Of a stretch of DNA of 64,000 bases, positions 41,077 to 51,806 are shown in pieces; position 1 is the first letter of the stretch; each line of letters opens with the position of its first letter. The stretch comes from Octopus sinensis (taxonomy: Eukaryota), in NCBI RefSeq assembly GCF_006345805.1, contig NC_043002.1, positions 11,656,001 through 11,720,000 of the forward strand. Direction: 5' to 3'. The notes under the pieces were generated by a model. It ran no database searches. It was not told the DNA's origin and saw only the letters and a list, made by a program, of their open reading frames with translations. The translations under genes were made by a program, and so were the position numbers.

Positions 41077-41154
41077 AGTGTGTGTGTTATGCATGTATGA
41101 ATACATATATAAAAAAAACATAAAAAATAGAACGAAAATAATGCACTAAACGCT

Positions 41155-41222
<68 letters not shown>

Positions 41223-41779
41223 ATACGTGATAACCCACAAAGACGGCAAAACATAAACCTCGAAAAATCTTAAGCCGGGATCAAACCGTACGATATCATT
41301 TGATATTATGTGAACTGTTTATCAGCACAGTTGAACAACCTGACTAGCAGCCAGTAAATATTCCGAGATTAGCACTGAACATGCGCAATAAATTGATCTC
41401 TCTTTAATGCATGTTGGTGCATCTTAAATAAGAAAAAGATAAGGAGACAAGGAGGAGGCGGCGGCGGCGGCGGCGGCACGGGGCTTTTGGTGATCGGCAA
41501 GTGGTTTGGTGTTGTGTTCGTTGTTGACGCTGATTGCTGGCATTTGGTTTCTGATCTTTCATGTTTGATAGTGGCTTCGTCTTTGGTTTCTGTGCTTTTG
41601 GCTGGTGGGCTTACAGGCTGGCCGGGCTCACTAGCTGGCTGGTTGGCTGGTTGGTGTCAGTTGTGGTGGTAGTGGTGGTGATGGCAGCGGCGGCATTGGT
41701 GGTGGTGTGGTGGTGGTGGTGGTGAAACAACCAGATGTGCAGCTGTGTGCATCGACGTGATGCACGGTGATAGAATCTT

Positions 41780-41818
<39 letters not shown>

Positions 41819-41825
41819 ATACATT

Positions 41826-42005
41826 GATGCACACATACATACACTCTTTCTTTTACTTGTTTCAGTCATTTGACTGCGGCCATACTGGAGCACCGCCTTT
41901 AGTCGAACAGATCGACCCCCAGGACTTCTTCTTTGTAAGCCTAGTACTTATTCTATCGGTGTCTCTTACCGAACCGCTATGTTATGGTGACGTAAACACA
42001 CCAGC
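41826..42005 (-). mobile_element. SINE family B 3' half
   Basis: TTACTTGTTTCAGTCATTTGACTGCGGCCATACTGGAGCACCGCC. Confidence 0.85.
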
Positions 42006-42033
42006 ATATGTGTATATGGATGTATATATGTAG

Positions 42034-42083
<50 letters not shown>

Positions 42084-42085
<2 letters not shown>

Positions 42086-42390
42086 GAGGAGGTATGGCAG
42101 CGCACTCGCTGTTTCGATTCCCAAACCGGGCGTTGTGAGTGTTTATTGAGCGAAAATACCTAAAGCCCCACGAGGCTCCGGCGCTGGGTGGTGATGAACC
42201 CTGCTGTACTCTTTCACCACAACTTTCTACTACTCTTTCTTCCTGTTTCTGTTGTACCTGCATCTCAAAGGGCCAGCCTTGTCCCACCCTGTGTCACGCT
42301 GGATCTCCCTGAGAACTACGTGTCTGCGGAGTGCTCAGCCACTTGTACGTTAATTTCACGACCAAACTGTTTCGACCAGAACAACAACCT
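42084..42390 (+). mobile_element. SINE family D, tail type 2 (head damaged)
   Basis: GTTTCGATTCCCAAACCGGGCGTTGTGAGTGTTTATTGAGCGAAAA..TCTTTCTTCCTGTTTC is shared with 25428-25620; the 3' part is unrelated. Confidence 0.75.
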
Positions 42391-42699
42391 TATTTTTTAG
42401 CCAGGAATACACTTACTTTTATAGCCTAACTAATTTCACTCACATGGGACCCGCAACCAAAAAATTGTTTACTTTGAGAAAAAAAAGTCATTATATATTT
42501 TAAACAGAAATCCGATTATTTAAAAGGAATACTTTTGTTTCGAAAAGAAGGGAAAGAAAGCAAGTTATACACATACAGTCACTCACAAACACATAGACAT
42601 AGAGGTATACACATTTAGACTCAGTGACAAACACACATAAACACACACAGAATAGCACACACACTAACACACAAATACTCTCCATAGAAACCGCAATGC

Positions 42700-43146
42700 A
42701 TAAGATGTGCAGAATGCTGTTCTGAAGCAATATTGCTCCCACCGGTAATTTACGTCACAGGTGATTTGCTAATCACTGTTTCTTCTTATATACCAGCCGA
42801 GGCTAAATTTGTCTAAGCATACAGTTAATAACGGATACCTGTTACTGATGACGTACAGCGACACAGAAATCATGATTTAGCAATTTCACTTCCGCTACTG
42901 GACCCTTTTCGACTGCTGCTGAATTACGTCCGTATTTCTTTAGTCCTACACATCTATACGAAAAGCTTTCTCAAGATGAATGCCAGAGACATTTGCCGTG
43001 AAGGACGCAGAGTTTTTTACCAACGTTGGTTTGCTTTCAATAATTGTTTTCAAAAACATCTGCCAACATTATAAGCCCGAACCTCCAGAAACAGCTGTCG
43101 GACTTGTAACACCATACTATCTCCCGTCTATATAACATGAGTAAGT
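42700..43146 (+). promoter_or_regulatory. Candidate promoter/5' exon ending in an ATG-containing exon and 5' splice site
   Basis: Repeat-free, CpG-containing island with CRE-like TTACGTCA (about 42749) and TGACGT. Ends AAC-ATG-A|GTAAGT (ATG 43137-43139, consensus donor 43141-43146). No transcript evidence. Confidence 0.3.
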
Positions 43147-43339
43147 TTGCACTAATAATATATATATATATATATATATAATATATATATATACATACAT
43201 ACACACACACGCACACACACATACGCACACATATATCTACACATTTATATTTGAATGCTAATCATCTGAAAATGTTTCAGTCTTTCCCTATTATTTTTTA
43301 CATATATACATGTATATATATATCGTGAGCGTATGTGTG

Positions 43340-43385
<46 letters not shown>

Positions 43386-43499
43386 TATATATATATATAT
43401 ATAATTTATATATATATATATTCACACACATACGCTCACGAAATATTTAAAAACTCTGCACACAGTTACATAAATATAAACATATGTATGTACATAGGG

Positions 43500-43555
<56 letters not shown>

Positions 43556-44306
43556 TACATATATATATATACATATACATATATATACTTATATATACAC
43601 ATTATATATATGTATATATATACTTATATATGTATCTCTGTATGTATAGATACAAACGCACGTACACATATATGCATACACACATATAATATCCACACAG
43701 AAACCCTCCATTGAACCTACAAGATAAGATCAAATGGAAGATTTATCCGTTTATCACCGACCAATGGCATATTCCATAAATGTATCTCTCGTGTAACTGT
43801 ATACAACTGAAGAACTGATCGTAACGCGTCCATCTGGTCAATAGACGGAGAGAAGCGACTGGACATGTTGATCAGTAATATACTACTATATACAGATAGC
43901 TTTGCTTGACCCTCGTATAAATATCCATTCGGAACCATTTGGAACCTTGTTGCCAGGAATATAATATTATACGATGAGCTGTTTTGTGTAGCATGAAGAT
44001 GGACGACAAGGTGAGGGAGGAGGTGGGTAAATAATTATATGTACAATTGTGATTGCGTTTATGATTACTTAAATGTGTATATATTCCATGTAAATGGTTT
44101 GATGTGCGTATATGACTAAGTGTGTGTTTATATGTCAGATATTGATTGCATGTTTCGTATTTTCTAAAGTGCATGCAAGCATGCTTGTGAGGTTAAGATA
44201 TGCGATCTGCAACAATGTAGTTTTGCGTTTTTGGTTTCAATCCCACTGCTTGGCACCTTGGGAGGGCATCTTCTACAAGCCCGTCGCCCCTATTGAGTTT
44301 ATTTAG

Positions 44307-44341
<35 letters not shown>

Positions 44342-44348
44342 ACACACA

Positions 44349-44538
44349 TTTGTGAATTCTCCCCTAGATAAATATCCAGGGGAGAATTCACAAAAAGAAA
44401 AATGACAAAGACAGGTGTTGTAGACAACAAACAGATATATTAGTATAACGCTCGGGAAATGAAAAATTCTTTAATGTTTCGAGCCTACGCTCTTCCACAG
44501 AAAGGAACACAGAAAGAAACAAGGAGAGAAAATAAAGA

Positions 44539-44540
<2 letters not shown>
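44349..44540 (-). mobile_element. pLTR-like unit family H2 with terminal 17-bp snap-back hairpin
   Basis: Homologous to 10073-10240. TTTGTGAATTCTCCCCT (44349-44365) and AGGGGAGAATTCACAAA (44378-44394) form a perfect inverted repeat. Confidence 0.65.
44468..44504 (-). ncRNA. Hammerhead-like motif with variant core CUGUGGA (family H2)
   Basis: CUUU-CUGUGGA-A-GAGC(GUAG)GCUC-GAAA-CA-UU-AAAG. Stems I and II are perfect; stem III palindrome ACGU has decayed to ACAU. Confidence 0.45.
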
Positions 44541-44790
<250 letters not shown>

Positions 44791-45916
44791 ATCGAGTGAA
44801 AGGAACTTCGCCTCGAGTTGGTCGTTGTCAAAAACTTAATGTTGATTAATTTTGATTTATCTTTTCAGCTGTGTGGATTGGCATACAGCAAAGTATGACT
44901 ACATTCTCTGAACCCTTTTCTAGTATATGTTTAGTCATTGTGGACGATGTAGGGCCAAGTGAGTTGAATGAGGCGTTTTAAGGATCAACAGGGGATAGAG
45001 AAAATGTTTAGGATTCGACAGTAGGTTCGTAAAGCTCAGAGATTAAACGAAGCGTACCATTTGATGTTTAAAGTTAATGTAGTTAATCATACAGAAAATA
45101 AAAGAACGTCGAACGGTTTTCTGTTCTTTAATTCACATTTATGCAAATACTCCTTAAATTACATAGCGGTTCTTTTCTTTAAATCATACATGAAAAGCTG
45201 GTGATGACGACGACGATGCAGGCAAGTGGTAGTGGTCGTGTCTACTTTAGTGTTACAGGTTGAAAGAGATAATAAACACATTCACGAACAGAGACATTAT
45301 TTAATTAAGATTTACATCGATGGCATTGAGTAGGAGTGTCTGGTGGTTATGGCTGCAGTTGTGGTGGTGGTGGTAGTTATATGAAATGTGTGTGTTATGG
45401 TAGGGTGGATGATATGGTAGTGGTGGTGGAAAGATTAGGATAATCCGAACATTTAAACGCTTGGAGCATGCATCTGAAGAATTGGAGATCTGACGGGAGT
45501 TAATGGGACATATTACTAATAACGAGATAAACAACCCTGATAAACAACGGAGAAATACTTCACAAATGTTGTTAAACCTTCAGGTCTGCCCTCATTGAGC
45601 AGGTTAATGACCAATGATCAAAAGCACGCCAGCCATGACCTACTCCTGCCCTTTTCCCCCCTTTCAGGCAGTGGACAACAAAACGATGGATTAATAGAAT
45701 CGCCAGAACGTTAGACAAAATGTCTAGCAGTATTAGTTTTGGATCTTTGCATCCCTAGTTCAAAACTTAGAGACCAGCTACCTTTTATCCTTCTAGATAA
45801 TATAAAAACGGTATCTGTTGAGAGCTGTCAATTGGTGGAGTTGTAAAATCATTGAAGTACTGGCCTTTAAGTACATTATTTACATTATTTACATTCGACG
45901 GATATTTGTCCTCATC

Positions 45917-46007
45917 TTGATTGATTGATTGATTCTAGTTTCAGCTCATGAGCTGTGGCCATGCTGGGGCACCGCCATTTAAAACAAGTTGCGAGCTCAC
46001 CAGGATG
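45917..46007 (-). mobile_element. 5'-truncated LINE/SINE-B-type 3' tail inserted into the left arm of the H4 palindrome
   Basis: Minus strand GGCGGTGCCCCAGCATGGCCACAGCTCATGAGCTGAAACTAG-(AATC)n; it separates 45872-45916 from the rest of the arm. Confidence 0.7.
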
Positions 46008-46016
46008 TTTGTTGTT

Positions 46017-46062
46017 AACACAACGTTTCGGCTGATATACCCTCCGGCCTTCATCGGGTGCC
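46017..46062 (-). ncRNA. H4 hammerhead, left-arm copy (U4C core substitution)
   Basis: GGCAC-CCGAUGA-A-GGCCG..CAGCC-GAAA-CG-UU-GUGUU. Confidence 0.55.
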
Positions 46063-46120
46063 TTGTTGAAATTTCGAACCTGGGTTCTCATTCCTAAGGT
46101 ATTTTTCGATGTTGTTGCTG

Positions 46121-46186
<66 letters not shown>

Positions 46187-46209
46187 CAACCACTCCGCCA
46201 TATGCCCAC

Positions 46210-46280
46210 GGGCATATGGCGTAGTGGTTAAGAGCGCGCGCTACTAACCCCAAGATTCCGAGTTCAATTCCAGGCAGTGA

Positions 46281-46283
<3 letters not shown>
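46210..46283 (+). promoter_or_regulatory. tRNA-derived internal Pol III promoter of the H4 element
   Basis: A box TGGCGTAGTGG (46217-46227) and B box GAGTTCAATTCC (46260-46271). The first T4 run downstream is at 46492-46495. Confidence 0.75.
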
Positions 46284-46337
<54 letters not shown>

Positions 46338-46392
46338 CAACAACATCGAAACATATCTTAGGAATGAGAACCCAGGTTCGAAATTTCCCCAA

Positions 46393-46438
46393 GACACCTG
46401 ATGAAGGCTGGAGGGTATATCAGCCGAAACGTTGTGTT
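46393..46438 (+). ncRNA. Minimal type-I hammerhead ribozyme (family H4), core intact
   Basis: GACAC-CUGAUGA-A-GGCUG(GAGGGUAUAU)CAGCC-GAAA-CG-UU-GUGUU. 5-bp stem I, 5-bp stem II, palindromic ACGU stem III; GUU cleavage is predicted after 46433. Confidence 0.8.
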
Positions 46439-46700
46439 AACAACAAACAGGATGAGGACAGATGTCTGTCAAAGGTAAATAATGTAAATAATTTTATATT
46501 GAAATTTTAGAAATTACAAAAACTGGAATTTTAACGAGTGAAAAACAAAACCAAACTCTAAACGTATAAAGGTATTTCAAGATACTTCATTTTTGTTTCC
46601 TATAGTTTTTTCCCTATATTTTTTCCCTTTTTATTTCCTATATTTTACTGAATAAGAAACGTTCGTAGAATAACACGTATGGAATGTTGATGGATGTAAG

Positions 46701-46923
46701 GCGGGGAGCTGGCAGAAGCTTTAGCACGCCGGGCGAGATGCTTAGCAGTATTTCGTCCGTCTTTAAGTTCTGAGTTCAAATTCCGCCGAGGTCGACTTTG
46801 CCTTTCATCCTTTCACGTTCGATAAATTAAGTACCAGTTACGCACTGGGGTCGATCTAATCGACTGCCCCCACCCCCACAAAAAACCATTTCCGGCCTTG
46901 TGCCTAGCGTAGAAAAGGAATAT
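46701..46923 (+). mobile_element. SINE family A monomer (type-2 tail)
   Basis: Full head to CCGGCCTTGTGCCTAGCGTAGAAAAGGAATATT. Confidence 0.88.
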
Positions 46924-47485
46924 TGGCGGATGTATAAATAAAACTTATATATAAAGAAAAAAGTCATTAAAACTAGAATATGTTTATTTGAAATAATTTG
47001 TCTTTAAAAAATTATCTTGAAAAGACAAAGACAAAGAAAAAATGCAAAGAAAAGTTAATGTAAAAATATTGAAGAAAGAAATGTTTAGATTATGAGCAAC
47101 TGCATTCAATAAATAAATTTTTTTGTTTCTTCACAATCGTAATTATCTATCAAAATTTCAATGTGCTTGTTTATATCTCAGTATTTCTTCTTTTGACTGG
47201 TTTCTTTTTCCCGGATAACTTTTTGCTATTTGGCACTTGTTTGGATCCGTTATGATCAACAGCATATTTTTTTATAACGGAATTAAATGGCTTTTGATAT
47301 ATGAAGTATTATCTTTCTCTTATATTTCTAAAAGCCATCATTTCCATTTCTTTGCATTACGAATCAGACAACATCAACAGAAAACAATTTGTAAACCAAT
47401 CGCAGCGACGATTCAGAACGATTAACATTTTCACGCTGGCAATTTGAACTGAAATTAAAACAAACATTAGATGCTGAAACAAATA

Positions 47486-47900
47486 AGATCTTTTCGGTTT
47501 GAACTGCATTTTTTTCTAGCGGTGTCATATGAAATTGTCACACATAATTATGACCCTAGTATCGATCTATTGCATTTCAATCTGTTTTAGGGTTAGGGTT
47601 AGGGGGAAGGGTATCTGTTTTTTTCTTCACAAATGTCAATAAACCCAATCTGTTTCTTAAACGAGGGACATATTCATGCGGCACGGAATGTTTTTTTACC
47701 TCAATGGACGTCATTGATTGGTTGAAATTGCAGAAATTGAAGAAAAAAAAACAACAAATATCTTACAAACTATAGAATTTTCTCAATAAAGCCAAGAGAA
47801 AAAGATGTTTTATAAATACATTCTACCAGTATACGAAGTTTAAAATCTTTTAGTTACCTAGAAATTATGTTAAAAACTGCCGTTCAAACCGAAAAGATCC
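47486..47900 (+). mobile_element. MITE with about 19-bp TIRs and a subterminal (TTAGGG)2-3 motif, copy 1
   Basis: (G)GATCTTTTCGGTTTGAAC...GTTCAAACCGAAAAGATCC; TTTTAGGGTTAGGGTTAGGG at about 47585. Confidence 0.8.
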
Positions 47901-48153
47901 AACAAATATTACACAAATAATCTGGTTAAGTTCTGAATTGAATCCTGAGGACGAACTGACGAATTGATCTGGCGACGATGTCACCAAAGGCGAGTTGATT
48001 TGCGCTAAATCATATAGCACTGGCTTTGACAATAACCCTCAAACACAACTGCTGGATGCGATGTTATTCTTAAAGCTTTCATGGCAGGGAATCTAGTTAA
48101 TGAATCACTGGGACGTCACTTGCTACTTTATGACACCTAGTTACGCAGAATTT

Positions 48154-48572
48154 GGATCTTTTCGGTTTGAACGGCAGTTTTTAACATAATTTCTAAGTAA
48201 CTAAAAGATTTTAAACTTCGTATACTGGTAGAATGTGTTTATAATACATCTTTTTCTCTTGGCTTTATTGAGAAATTTCTATAGTTTGTAAGATATTTGT
48301 TGTTATTTTTCTTCAATTTCTGCAATTTCAACCAATCACTGACGTCCATTGAGGTAAAAAAAAAAATTCTGTGCCGTATGAATATGTCCCTCGTTTAAGA
48401 AACAGATTAGGTTTATTTACATTTGTGAAGAAAAAAGATACCCTTCCCCCACACCCCTAACCCTAACCCTAAAACAGATTGAAATGTAATAGATCGATAC
48501 TAGGGTCATAATTATGGGTGACAATTTCATATGACACCGCTAGAAAAACTGCAATTCAAACGGAAACAATCC
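48154..48572 (-). mobile_element. Same MITE, copy 2, inverted relative to copy 1
   Basis: Reverse complement of 47486-47900 over its whole length; CCCTAACCCTAACCCTAAAA at about 48455. Confidence 0.8.
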
Positions 48573-49308
48573 CAGAATGTTAACGTGGCACAAATCAATT
48601 CTTTCGGGTTTGGTTGGACCATTCGCTTCTGTATCAGACTTTTACTGGAATTAATTCGTTTGACTCATTATGTTGAATAAAAAAAATGACAAAAGAGTAA
48701 TTTCTTTTCGAACAGCTGCGAATAAATCTTTTCAGATCAACTGACTGCTCAGTTAATGAAATTCTTTGACACTTTTCAATTCTCTATAATTTAATTAAGT
48801 AGAGGAAGGGCAGCAGTTTGGAGGAAGTTCTGCGTAGACTGAAATTCTGGCCCAAAAGTCTGCAGTAGAGTGTATTCCAATAAAGACACTTAAGGGCGAC
48901 TATTTGTGTTAGAGTAAAGAATTGATGAAATCTACTTTTAAAGATTTAAAGACGAGGAACAAAATATGTCATGAGTTTCCATACATTTCCCATCTTCAAA
49001 ATTTCACTCGCAAGGTATTGGACTGTCTGAGGGTGTACCTTAGTCTCGGAGACGTCTTAGGTGCTGGGAAGTGGAGTTGAACCCTAAGCTATTGGGTAGC
49101 ATAAATGGTATGACGTTTTCTTCCCAGACATTCAAAGAGATTCAGTCAGAGACTTTAGGGACTCTGGGACTAGTGAGACGTAGCTGAGGAAAGTATGATC
49201 AGAATGAAGATTAGAACAGAGAGCAGTCAACTATGGGTACTTAAGGGCCACTTTGTGGTGTTTTACGATGTGAAGGATAATACTATTTTATATTTTAGAG
49301 AAGAGGAA

Positions 49309-49592
49309 TTATGTACTTTATTTACAAGGGACGGACAGGTGGCCGCATCTTGTTTGTTGTTACCACAACGTTTCAGGTGATGTACTCTCCAGCCTTCATC
49401 AGGTGTTCTAGTGAATTTCCGAATCCAACCCTTTATTTGACTAATGAGGTAAGCTGTTCTCATTCCTAAGGTATATTGCTGATGTTATATCTGTTAGTAT
49501 TGTTTTTCAAGATTGAACTTAGAATCCGAGGGTTACGATCCTGCACTCTTATCCACTACATTATATCCCCGTGGGTAATTATAGAGTGGATT
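49309..49592 (-). mobile_element. Diverged copy of the tRNA-headed hammerhead element (H4-like)
   Basis: Minus strand head GGGGATATAATGTAGTGGATAAGAG..AAGTTCAATC, body ATACCTTAGGAATGAGAAC, HHR AACAC-CTGATGA-A-GGCTG..CACCT-GAAACG-TT-GTGGT at 49362-49408. Confidence 0.8.
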
Positions 49593-49984
49593 TTAGGGCT
49601 TATAAACCTAGTAGAAGACGAGGAGGTGAAAAGTTAATTCTATAACTCAACGTAATGCCTTGTGGCTAAGTCAAATTCTGTCGGATTTCTTCTTCTCCCC
49701 CTGAATCACATATCTTCTTTCTTTACCCTTTCTGTTTCTCTACATCATATCATATCCATTTTCTCAACTTCCTTCCATGTATTCCGTGTTGTGCATTAAC
49801 GAAAGACTTACGACTACCAGTCGAATCATCCATTTTTGGCTCCTTCGATGAAGATATGTCGTAATTCTTGATACACGGATTCGCTTAATTTCTCTTACAG
49901 GATCACGTCATGCATCTAACATTGGCGATGCACAATGGGTTGGCCTGGTTCAATGTAAATTTCCATCTGATTTTGTATTAATGA

Positions 49985-50195
49985 ACAGGCAGAATCGTTA
50001 GCAAACCTGGCAAAATGCTTAGCGGCATTTCGTCTGTCTGCGCGTTCTGAGTTCAAATTCCATAGAGGTCGACTTTCGTTTTCAACCTTTCGAGGGTTGA
50101 TAAATTAAGCACGAGTTGAAAACTGGGGTTCGATGTAATCGACTAGCACCACCCCCGCAAAATTCCTGGCTTTGTGCCACAATTTGAAACCAATA
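49985..50195 (+). mobile_element. SINE family A monomer, diverged
   Basis: GGCAGAATCGTTAGC..GTTCTGAGTTCAAATTCC..GTCGACTTT. Confidence 0.8.
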
Positions 50196-51020
50196 TTTCA
50201 CAACTCAAAAACTCTGTTTTAAGGGGACAATAAGTTGTAATTTCAGGGAGATAATAGCAGATGAAGAGGGAGTGTAGAAGCTCCTCCATTTTACCTATGA
50301 ACCTCATTGTTGCTCAAATCAGACAAAATGAAGTGACATGAAATAAAATTTTATATCGTTTAGAACAATGGCTCTCAACTGAGGACCGTATGAACCTTGA
50401 TGTTCCATATATGATTTTGTTGCAATGAGTTGTCCATACTTCTGCAATAGAAAACATCTTTTAACAGTTTTTTATACAATTTCTAATAATAAATAATTAA
50501 TAATATCAGACTTTTTTCTGACTTTTTTTTTAGCAAATAAAATAATTTGTTAGGCGAAATCTTCATCAACAGGTGCGCCTAGATTAAACATATAAGTACG
50601 AGGCAGTCCAGCATGTATCTCGTGCTTATACATTATATTTTTTCAAATCCACCGCGCAAGCGCAGTTTTTTGTCGGCAGCAAAAAAATAATGTCGGTGTT
50701 ACTTCGAAAATTTTTCAGAAAAAATTATCAACAATTAATAATATCAGGGTAATAAAGATTTTAGAAATTTTTACTACCGGTGGCCTAGCGTGAAGAAAAA
50801 TTAGTCAATAGACTATATATTATTCATATCAATACAGTGTACATTTAAACACATAAGAGGTATCCGTCATAGGATTCCTGGCATGCTCGAAGGAACAGCC
50901 AAAGTCCAAACAACTTCTAGGGTTAAAAATTTCGAAGGGAATGAAAAATAAAAACATTTACCGCAAATCTCATGGACCATGGTTTCTGTTTTTAGCAAAT
51001 AAATTCTAATAATATTAATT

Positions 51021-51345
51021 AGGAGTGGCTGTGTGGTAAGTAGCTTGCTTGCCTCGGGTCGACCAAAGCCTTGTGAGTGGATTTGGTTGACAGAAACTGA
51101 AAGGAGCCCGTCATATATATGTATATATATGTGTGTATATGTGTTTGTGTGTCTGTGTTTCTCCCCCAACATCGCTTGACAACCGATGCTGGTGTGTTTA
51201 CGTCCCCGTAACATAGTGGTTCGGCAAAAGAGAACGATAGAATAAGTACTAGGCTTACAAAGAATAAGTCCTGGGGTCTATTTGCTCGACTAAAGGAGGT
51301 GCTCCAGCATGGCCGCAGTCAAATGACTGAAACGAGTAAAGAAAG
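51021..51345 (+). mobile_element. SINE family B (deletion in head)
   Basis: Family B head joined directly to GCCTCGGGTCGACC; full tail. Confidence 0.85.
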
Positions 51346-51394
51346 AATAACTGGATTAAAAACAAAATTCAAGTGGCTATGAGAGTCCATTATT

Positions 51395-51586
51395 CATTTA
51401 CTTGTTTCTGTCATTTTGACTGCGGCTATGCTGGAGCACTGCCTTTTTTTCAGTCGAACAAATCGACCCCTGGACTTATTTTATCGTTCTCTTTTGCCGA
51501 ACTGTTAAGTTACGGGGACGTAAACACACCAACACCGGTGATCAACCGGCGGAGGTGATGGACAAATGCAGTCACAAACGCACAAA

Positions 51587-51643
<57 letters not shown>

Positions 51644-51806
51644 CAACCGACTCTTTTCAGTTTCCGCCTCCCAAATCAGCTCACAAAGTCTTTGGTTGGC
51701 TCGAGGTTATAGTAGAGGACATTTGCCCAAGGTGCCACGCTGTGGGAGTGAACTCGGAACCATGTGATTAGGAGGTATGCTTCTTACCACACTGCTACAC
51801 TGGTCC
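51395..51806 (-). mobile_element. SINE family B, tail-to-tail with 51021-51345
   Basis: Reverse complement of the family B consensus. Confidence 0.85.

Larger units (their letters stand above)
45872..46492. mobile_element. Head-to-head palindromic tRNA-headed hammerhead element (family H4)
   Basis: Right arm 46210-46492 is tRNA-like head + (AAT)n + body + HHR + TAAATAATG repeats. Left arm 45872-46207 is its reverse complement with the head internally deleted. The centre spacer is AC (46208-46209). Confidence 0.85.

Noticed and set aside
40531-41120. About 289-bp tandem duplication anchored on a 55-nt unique motif
   Set aside because: Ordinary local duplication within a TA microsatellite field.
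46210-46283. Possible functional tRNA gene
   Set aside because: Acceptor and anticodon stems do not close and there is no terminator after the head; it is a SINE-type head. The same applies to the heads of families A-D.
47585-48475. TTAGGG repeats as an interstitial telomere
   Set aside because: Only 2-3 units, at a fixed position inside a MITE.
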